In this document: one piece after another, positions 55,672-64,000 of the stretch
Layout: the number at the start of each line of letters is the position of its first letter
How positions within the stretch are numbered: the first letter of the stretch is position 1
DNA from: Ginglymostoma cirratum
Taxonomy: Eukaryota
DNA length: 64,000 nucleotides
Assembly: GCA_024137785.1 (NCBI GenBank)
Contig: JAHRHZ010000056.1
Span: 22,606,990-22,670,989, forward strand
Direction of reading: 5' to 3'
Program-made: the position numbers and the translations under genes
The notes under the pieces: model-generated
Told to the model about the DNA's origin: nothing
Seen by the model: only the letters and a program-made list of their open reading frames with translations
The model's database searches: none

Positions 55672-55951
55672 AGAATCACCGGGGATAAAAGGTACTGCAG
55701 ATGCTGGAGAATCCGAGATAACAAGCGTGGGGCTGGATGAACACAGCAGGTCAAGCAGCATCATAGCCTCTCCTCTATCCATCTTCTATCCGCCTCCCCC
55801 TCTCTCCCTATTTATTTCAGAACCCTCTTCCCCTCCCCCATTTCTGATGAAGGGTTTAGGCCCGAAACGTCAAGTTTTCCTGCTCCTATGATGCTGCTTG
55901 ACCTGCTGTGTTCATCCAGCCCCACACTTGTTATCTCAGAATCACCAGGGA
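55672..55951. mobile_element. Penelope-derived foldback element with intact hammerhead core (55844-55871, +) and about 14-bp TSD
   Basis: Arms gagataacaagcgtggggctggatgaacacagcaggtcaagcagcatcatag / ctatgatgctgcttgacctgctgtgttcatccagccccacacttgttatctc; TSD agaatcacc(g/a)ggga; CTGATGA agggtttaggccc GAAACGTC. Confidence 0.9.
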
Positions 55952-56004
55952 TCTGCTTTTTCCCATCCAAAAATCAACAATACCTTTAAAAAATACCTTT
56001 TAAT

Positions 56005-56365
56005 GTGAGCTTAGAACATCACCTTTGGTGGACTGGCTGCAAGTAAATCTTTGAATTTAGCATGTAATGCTGTGTTTTCAGAGGGTGGATCTTTGTTGGG
56101 TTAGGAAAATGGAGTCAAGAAGGTTTCAACTTTGTTTCTTCTCAACTGAAGATTCAGCCAAGTGCTTTTTTTTAAATATAAAAATAGCAATGTTGTGATG
56201 GCAGCTTTAAGAGATAAGCAATCTTGGGAAGAGGACCCAAAACAGGTGCAAGAGCATTTGCAAATATGTCTAAAATTGGTTAAATGCCCATTTTGTGACT
56301 CTTCTGTTACCTCACCGTGCATAAGCAAGGAACTGAATGCCTTAAACAGAAACAGGTTTTCGCAG
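56005..56365 (+). repeat. Diverged direct repeat, copy 1 (intron 2)
   Basis: Shares gaaca.cacctttg, tttcagagggtg, ctca.ctgaagattcagcca, aaaaatagcaa..ttgtgatggca, ttgggaagaggacc, aaatgcccattt and gactcttctgtt with 57195-57606. Confidence 0.85.
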
Positions 56366-56423
56366 GTGCACTCCATGCTACAGTGCATATATCTCAACTA
56401 AAAACAACTGCTACACAGTTTAC

Positions 56424-56525
56424 CTGCTGCTTGCCCTGTTTTGGCGAGGAGCCCTCCCAGCTCCAGAATACTCTGCTCTTTAACACGGACAGCTTCTTCG
56501 TCATCTTGCTGAATATCACGTTTCA
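56424..56525 (-). CDS. PSMD11: PSMD11 (proteasome 26S non-ATPase subunit 11 / Rpn6) exon 2, 102 bp
   Basis: Minus strand ...tcttccAG|TGAAACGT...GCAGCAG|GTaaac; translates (V)[33 protein letters not shown](E), matching the vertebrate PSMD11 N-terminus. Exon 1 is not in the window. Confidence 0.97.
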
Positions 56526-57194
56526 CTGGAAGATAGAACAAAATGAGACATTCAGTCTATTTCACTGGAAGAGTGTACTAGCTTGCACGTTCAATGCTTT
56601 TGTGTTGGTTAAGGAATTTTTTGGGACACTGTCAAAATGCCTGCAAAACATTTTCTATGACAGGTTTCTCAACAGTTTTATGAGTGCATTCTGTAACATA
56701 CAGCAGTTGAAGGACATCACTTCAAGATGTTAGTGCTTACAGAGCTATTAAAAAAGTAAATTAAAAAAACTTACAGGAATACCATCCATGCAGCTTTGGA
56801 TAGTAAACTTTGTGGCAATAAGACTGGAACAGAAAATTCCTACTAAATAAATAGTTATCAATCTTGAATGACAAATTCACTTCATTGCCTTGTAGGCTTT
56901 GATTGTACAGTGTTTCGAAGAGGCCAAAAGCTACTCGTAAATCAGCAGATAGCTCACTATGTGGAAACAATAACATCAATAACACCCTGTAAGGTTTACA
57001 TTTCCTCACAAACCCCAAGTTAGATTGCTGTTAATATTTTGAATCAGTTTAGGTCCTGAAAATGGAGACAACGGTCTGAAAATATACCTACACCAACAGG
57101 CTTTGTGAACTGGGTGTACAGACAATCTTTGCAATGGAACAGGTCAGCTTTAGGCACGCTGCATTTGGCCTCAGATCTGCATCACACAAACCAG

Positions 57195-57606
57195 CAAGCT
57201 GTGAACACCACCTTTGATTTCCTGGTAGGCTGGCTGCAGATAAGATGTCAAATTCAATTTGTTACGTTGTGCTTTCAGAGGGTGAGTCTTTATTGGGTCT
57301 AGAAAATGGATGGAATCAAAAAGATTTGTTTTTTCTCAGCTGAAGATTCAGCCAGATATATTTTTTCAAAAAATAGCAACATTGTGATGGCAACATTCAG
57401 GAATAAACAATTTTGGGAAGAGGACCCCAAAAGATTCAAGGGCATTTTCAAATATATCTTTAAAAAAAAAAAAAAAAAAAAAAATCAGTCAAATGCCCAT
57501 TTCATGCAGCCTCCTTGGAAGACTCTTCTGTTGCTTCCCCATGCTGCCCTCCAATGGGCACAATATTTTTTAGTCTGGAAGATTAGGTACAGATTTTTTT
57601 TACAGG
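57195..57606 (+). repeat. Diverged direct repeat, copy 2 (intron 1), with an internal poly(A) run
   Basis: Same blocks as copy 1; A-run at 57462-57484. Confidence 0.85.
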
Positions 57607-58267
57607 TCTAATGAACCTCTTTGTTTTAATTCACTGGTGGAACGTGCTTGAGGCCACAAAAGCCTTGTTGCATTCAGCTGGGTGAATTAAACATTTTCAG
57701 CCTTGCTGCTAAGTTGGCCCAGAAGGGCATTTGCAGACTGTAGCTTAAACTGGAACTGGGGAGACAAAAGTATGAAAGCTACGGCATAACTAAATAAACT
57801 CCATAACACAACCAAGAAATATCAGTTTTCAAAGTTCAAAGCTCAAAGCTCAAAGCTTAATTTGCTAAAAAAAAAGGTGACAGGACAGATCATATTTTGT
57901 AGCTACGGCTTTTTTGAACTGGTGGACAGCATATTATGCACAGCAATGTCTTGCAGCTCAAGAAATTTTGGCTCAGATGATCAACTGGAGTTCAAGCTCC
58001 AGACACTGCAATGCATCAGTCAATCGAGAAAATTACTTGAACACTTTTTATTTCAGAAGACTAAGTCACTCTCTTAGATTTGGTCAGTGGTCAGAGGCAG
58101 GTGCATGTCACTGAGGCAAGTAAAAAGATCAAGAAGGAGCAATGAAAGAAATCTCAATCCTTGCAACTGTCTATCAAGTTTAATGTTATTGCAGATTTTT
58201 TTGGTTGAGCGCAGGAACAGGTCAAAAGCTTAGAAAACTGACCCAAATAATGACCAAACTAAAAAAA

Positions 58268-58360
58268 ACGAGTTCAGAGAAGAGCGGTTGGACTCGAAAC
58301 ATGAACCTGTTGTTTCTCTCTCCACAGATGCTGTCACATCGGAGGTTTCCAGCATTTCCT
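58268..58360 (+). mobile_element. Penelope-type tail with degenerate hammerhead
   Basis: gttcagagaagagcggttggactcGAAAcatgaac...tccacagatgctg; same subfamily as 61447. Confidence 0.6.
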
Positions 58361-58656
58361 CTTAAATAAAAAAGGAGCAATGGAATAAAAGAAAATGAGC
58401 ACTGAAATGAAAAGAAAATATAAAAACAGATTACAAAGTTTTTGACAAGTATATAAAAAGAAAGAGTAGATAAAGTGTTCATTGTTCCCTTAAAAGGAAA
58501 TTAGGCAAATAATGGGAAACTTTGAACAAGTATTTTGAATTTCAGGAACTAACTTTTGGCTTTGAGTCTCTTTTCTCATTCTCAATGACTCCTTTATTTG
58601 GAAACATAGTCATGTAGCAACATTACCTGCTGTGTTTGCCTTGTTTTTGCTTCTTT

Positions 58657-59210
58657 AGAGTCATAGAGATGTACAGCATAGAAACAGGCCCTTTGGTCCA
58701 ATTCGTCCATGCAAACCAAATAATCTAAATTAATCTAGTCCCATTTGTCAACATTTGGCCTGCATCCCTCTATAGCCTTCCTATTCATATAGCCATCCAG
58801 ATGCCTTTTAAACGATGTAATTGTACCAGCCTCCACCACTTCTGGCAGCTCAATTCATACAGGCACCACCCTCTGGGTGAAAAGGTTGCCCCTTAGGTCC
58901 CTTTGAATTCTTTCTCCTCCCACCTGAAACCTCTAGTTGTGGACTCTCCTACCCTGGAGAAAAGACCTTGGCTATTCACCCTATACATGCCCCTCATGAT
59001 TTTGTATACTTCTAGAAGGTTACCCCTCAGCCTCCGGTGCTCCAGGGAAAATATTCAGCCCCTCCCTGTAGCTCAAACACTCCAAACCCCAGCAACATCC
59101 TTGTCAATCTTATCTGAACCCTTTCAAGGTTCACAACATCTTTCCCATAGCTGGGAGACCAGAATTGAACACAGTATTTCATAAGTGCCCTAAGCAATGT
59201 CCTGTACAGC
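58657..59210 (-). mobile_element. CR1/HER1 LINE 3' end
   Basis: Closely similar to 18184-18760. Confidence 0.9.
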
Positions 59211-60699
59211 TACATTATATAGGTAAGTTACCAAATAGCAAACATTTATAAGTGCAGTTTTTTGAAATTTATTATAGTCACCTACACTCCAATTCTACAT
59301 GGAAAATTTTAACTACAGGAAGTCCTAGCTATTTGTAGGAGTTTCAATAAAACCTTGTAACAGCAAAAAAAAAGGGGATTTACTTCCAATAAGGATTAAT
59401 TAAATGAATTTCAAACTTTTTTAACCTTCATTATTTCTGCTTAAAGGAAGTACCAAAATAGATAAAGAACAGACTTTATAAAGATCCAAATGTCCAACAA
59501 GAGAAATACAATGTAATTCAAGCTATCAAAAAAAAGGTTTCATTCATAAATACTTCGTGAATTATGAAATTTTGCACTGACCGAACAAGTGGTTAAGAAT
59601 TATTTTGAAAATTTAAGCAATGTCAATTCACTGAGCCAATACAACATAATGAGTATATAAAAGAGAGCTAATAAATCTTTTGGGTGGGATGCTCTGAGGT
59701 TCGATGTGGACTTGTTGGGCCGAAGGGCCTGTTTCCACACTGTAGGGATTCTATGATTCTAAGAGGATACTTTTCAATACTGTACTGGCTTTTCACTCTC
59801 CTTACCCATATCCCAATGTTTTCAAAGGTTAATCTGCTTGCTGTCCCCTGCACTTTCAATATTCATGTCCAGCATCTGCCTCTGCTTCATCAATTGTACC
59901 CTAGACTTAAAGGCCCTTCACCCTGACTATTGCATCAGCCCATCACTTTTAAAACATCCATTAATATTTTAAACGCAGGCAATGTAAACACGGCACACCA
60001 ATTCTGAAGCACATCCAGGCCATGTGCGTGTTTAGTCGCAACTTCAGGATTTTGCGACTGATGCCCACTTGATACGTTTTTAAGTGAGAATTCTACAAAA
60101 TGAACACTGCCTTATGAAGCTTCAGTTCGTGACTTATTTGATGACAACACAATTGCATGGCCAGTAGTTTGTATTGTCTTACTCTCAGTTCATGGTCACA
60201 TCATCTGCAGGCTTTGTTGAGTAATGCACCACCTTGACAATACAATATTTCAACATAGCAATCTGTGCTTGAAGCTCAAAATCTTATTTTTCACATGCTG
60301 TATGCTCACAAAAATGCACAGTAACTTCTGATTCCTGATTTACACAATTATTTTTGCCCTTCCTCTGATCCCATCTACATTCCTATTCTCCGTTCTAGCA
60401 CTACCTCCTTGGTATTCCGTGCAAGCAACCTAGTCCCATACCTCTGCCAAGTGTGAACCTTTTCCAGTAACACAAGCAAAATGTAAAGGGAATTAGTCTG
60501 ACTTCTAATCATCCCAAGTGGGCCAATTTCAACTCTACCAACCCAATTCCAATGCCCCAAGTACCTAAAGCCCTCCCCACTATACCATCTTTCAGTCATG
60601 CACTCATCTGCATTATCTCATTTCCATACTGACTTGACTTGTGCACAAATGTTGGATGTAATCAGAAATTACAACTTGACGTTCTGCATGTCATAATAA

Positions 60700-61400
60700 T
60701 TCGAAGGACTGTCAAAACTCACAACCATGTCAAGATGCTGATCCACAGAGAAGTATCCATGGTTGAACCACCATCAAATGGGAGATCTTAAACAAGTAAT
60801 GAAGCAGATTAAAAACAAAGCTAGATGAGAAACAAAGCTTGTGGCCCTGATAGTGTTCCAGCTGAGGTCTTCAAAACTGGCATGTGCTCACATCAAGATT
60901 TCATGCAACACAATCTCAAATTTGGAGGAAGTTAACTACCCAACCTCCCCTTGTTACAGGGACTGTCACAATTTTAATGAACAAAAAGAGGCATCAATTA
61001 TTCTGTGGAGACTATTGAGTTATTTCCATTTTATCCATTCTCCTGAACAACCGATTTCCTGTCAATACAATGTGGAGCTGGAGGAACACAACAGCTCAGG
61101 CAGCAAATGTGCAGGAAAGCTGACATTTTGGGTGTACACCCTTCATCACGTCTTATTTCCTGTGGCTAGCAAAATCTTCCCAGCAGCTTCCCAGTGTGGC
61201 TTTAGACATTGCACAGGAACATCTGACTTACATTTTTCTCACGAAAAGTACCGAGAACATCAGGGACTCTTCATTGTCTTTAAATCGAACTTACTAAATC
61301 ACTTGGCCCAGTAAATCGAGACCTTCTGTGGAATGTACACCAGTCATTTGGTTCTGCAAATAACTTAATAAAATCTTGTAATAACTTCATCGTGAAGTAA
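60700..61400 (+). mobile_element. Decayed RTE-type LINE fragment with a nested Penelope tail (about 61050-61150)
   Basis: GPDSVPAEVFK (ggccctgatagtgttccagctgaggtcttcaaa), SQCGFRHCTGTSD..HEKYREH. Confidence 0.7.
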
Positions 61401-61446
61401 CTACAAATCCTTGAGCGCAGATCTGATACACTGTTCTGTGATACAG

Positions 61447-61545
61447 AACTGTTCTGAGGAAGGGTCACCGGACCCGAAACATTAACTGTTTTTTCCTTCA
61501 CAGATGCTGCCAGATCTGCTGAGCTTTTCCAGCAACTGTGTTTCT
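61447..61545 (+). mobile_element. Penelope-type tail with hammerhead core 61454-61483
   Basis: gtt CTGAGGA a gggtc accg gaccc GAAACATT aac, then cacagatgctgccagatctgctgagcttttccagca. Confidence 0.8.
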
Positions 61546-62419
61546 ATCCTTTTTTTGGTCCAAAACAGGTGTCCACAAACATATTTGCATCAAGAGTCCA
61601 TCCTTCATTGCTATCCAAGTCAATAAAAGAAAACAATGAACAGTTGGAAACATCACTGGCCATTTTCTTCAAATTTAGGCACACATCTGTTACCACTACC
61701 TTATTTTGCAACATCTAAAGCATCTCCTAGCCAGGTTAATAATTTGCCTTCAATCTCATGCACTTTTAGTAAACAACGTCTTGTGTGGAAGCTCACAACC
61801 GCCTTCTGAAAAAAATAATACAAATTACATCATAAACATGTCCCCCTCTGAAACCATGAAAAAATTAGTTTTATTAGATATGACATATTCTTTACAAACC
61901 CATTACAAACTAGAGCTCTCCAAGTTGCTCAAGTTTCTCTCATTCTTAATTATAGATTCCAATAAATACCCCATAAAGAGGTTAGACTGATGTCTACAGT
62001 TTCCTGGTTTCGCAGCTTTCTTTAAATAATGAAGGTAATACTTTCAAATTAAAGAAACAATTCCTACATTGAGCACACTTTGAAAGATGGTTTTCAACAT
62101 GTATGTATACTGTATTTATTATGTCTACCAGGAAGAATGAATATTTTTGGATCTACATCTTCAGTAGTCCCAGTTACTAATGTAAATTGAAAAAAAACGG
62201 AGCAAGCCCATCAGGTGCATTTCACCATTCAAAGTCATACCTGAACTTCTACAGAAAATCCACTTTTCTGTTTAACTCCTCAATTTCCTTAGTACCAAAC
62301 CAGAGTCTTGAATTTACCCAATTGTGCATCCACAGATCCCAACTGCTTTTTGCTAATTCAATTCTCCATCCATTCTATTGCATTACACACAATCTTGTAT
62401 ACTAACTTCCTACCACATT

Positions 62420-63025
62420 TAGAATCAGAGTTATACAGCATGGAAACAGACTGCTCAGTCCAACTCGTCCATGCCAACCAGATATCCTAAATTAATCTAA
62501 TCTCATTTGCCAGCATTTGGCCCATATCCCTCTAAACCCTTCCTATTCGTGTATACCCATCCAAATGCCTTATAAATGTTGTAATTGTACCAGCCTCCAC
62601 CACTTCCTCTGCAGCTCATTCCACACATGCACCACTCTCTGCATGAAAAAGTTGCCCTCAGGTCCCTTTTAAATCTTTCCCCACTCACCTTAAACCTATG
62701 CCATCTAGTTATGGACTCTATCCCGGGGAACAGACCAAGGCTGTTCACCCTATCCATGCCCTTCACGATTTTGTAAACCTAAGGTCACCCCTCAGAGTCC
62801 GACACTCCAGGGAAATTAGCCCCAGCCTATTCAGACGCACCCGCCAACTCTGGCAACATTCTTGTAAATCTTTTCTGAGCCCTTTCAAGTTTCACAACAT
62901 CTTTCCTCTCACAGGGAAACCACAGTTGAATGCAGTATTCCAAAAGTGGCCTGAACAATGTTCTGTACAGCTGCAACATGACGTCCTAATTCCCATACTC
63001 AGTGCGCTGATCAATAAATGCAAGT
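62420..63025 (-). mobile_element. CR1/HER1 LINE 3' end
   Basis: MKGMDRVNSLGLFP..TRWHRFKVSGERFKRDLR..RKGLEGYGPNAGK; similar to 18184 and 58657. Confidence 0.9.
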
Positions 63026-64000
63026 ATTGTTAGGAATGACTGCAGTTCCAGTGGAGACGAAATTCCCTCAGCGGCTATCTTCTACTGTTTTATGGCATTA
63101 CCATCATGCTAAACAGGATAGAGTTAGAATCCAGCAGTTCAAGTCTGGATATCCAATGAGAAGTGACAGGCCACCAGCAGGAACAACAGGACTGCACTGC
63201 ACCACAATCTGTAACCTCATATCCCTTACTCCACTAGTATTCTTATATATTTCTCCTGTTTCTGCCCCAAGAAACACAATGCTAACTTTCACTAATGCAT
63301 TCTTTGTTAAATACTAGAAAAAGTTTTAGACTGCTTTTATTTCTTGAAACTTCATTCTTGCATTCAACATTCTGTTCCTTTAGAAATTTCTCGGTCATCC
63401 TCTGATTTTTTAAAAAATGTACCCAATTCTCAGGGATATTACTTTGTTCACTGACATTGCAAACTTCTCTTAATCCAACACTATCCTTAACTTTTCCCAA
63501 TTATTTAGGGATGCACCACTTTTCCCAGGTCTTCTTTATTCAAGGTCAATAGGGAGACTGGAGGGTTGGCGTTCTGCAAGTGTTTGTTATTGTTTGATCG
63601 GTCATAGCTTTTAGCTAATTTCTCACTTTGTGTCAGCCAACTCTCTCCACATTGCAAACTGACTTCATTGACAAACAAGATCCCAGCTTCAGAAATCACT
63701 TTCAAACTTCAATTGAAATTCTATTATGTTGTAATCACTCTTCAAAAAGGGTGAATTAAGTTAATAAATTAACCATGTTTCATTGGAGAATACTAGATCC
63801 AAAATAGCTCTTTGCATAAATTTCTTGAAATAACGTTCTAGAAGAATGTCTCAAATACATTCCACGAGCTCATTCTCCTAGAACATTTTCCAATTGATGT
63901 GGTTGTGGTCTATAAAAAGATGAAAGCTTGTAACAATTGTTGCAAGATTCCCATGATCAAAGTACGATTCTTTAACGCTTTAGGGAACTGACAACTTCTA

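Noticed and set aside
56317-56733. 138-aa plus-strand ORF
   Set aside because: Antisense shadow of PSMD11 exon 2 and its flanks, with no recognisable homology.
56162-57611. Two ORFs sharing NSN.VMA..R.KQ.WEEDPK, suggesting a small gene family
   Set aside because: Explained by the DNA-level direct repeat; frames diverge on either side through indels and a poly(A) run.

Overview
Eukaryotic (vertebrate) genomic DNA, almost certainly a shark/elasmobranch given HE1-type SINEs, CR1/HER1 LINEs, Deu-domain SINEs and shark-type Penelope repeats. The window holds coding exons 2-13 of PSMD11 (26S proteasome lid subunit Rpn6) on the minus strand (56525 down to 24038), all with GT-AG boundaries and a continuous reading frame. 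Exon 1 lies beyond the right edge. A probable non-coding last exon runs from about 11884 to about 8350. Introns and flanks are full of decayed transposons: CR1, RTE, a Gypsy gag/pol remnant, a Penelope RT/GIY-YIG remnant and tRNA-derived SINEs. The most notable layer is about a dozen short Penelope-derived insertions that carry minimal hammerhead-ribozyme cores (CTGANGA-stem-GAAA-NNTH), often form foldback hairpins and have 12-14 bp target-site duplications. Inside the gene, the complete cores all face antisense to the pre-mRNA. Penelope hammerheads are known in general, so I do not claim a wholly new system. Repeat boundaries are approximate and family names come from recall of consensus sequences, not from a search.
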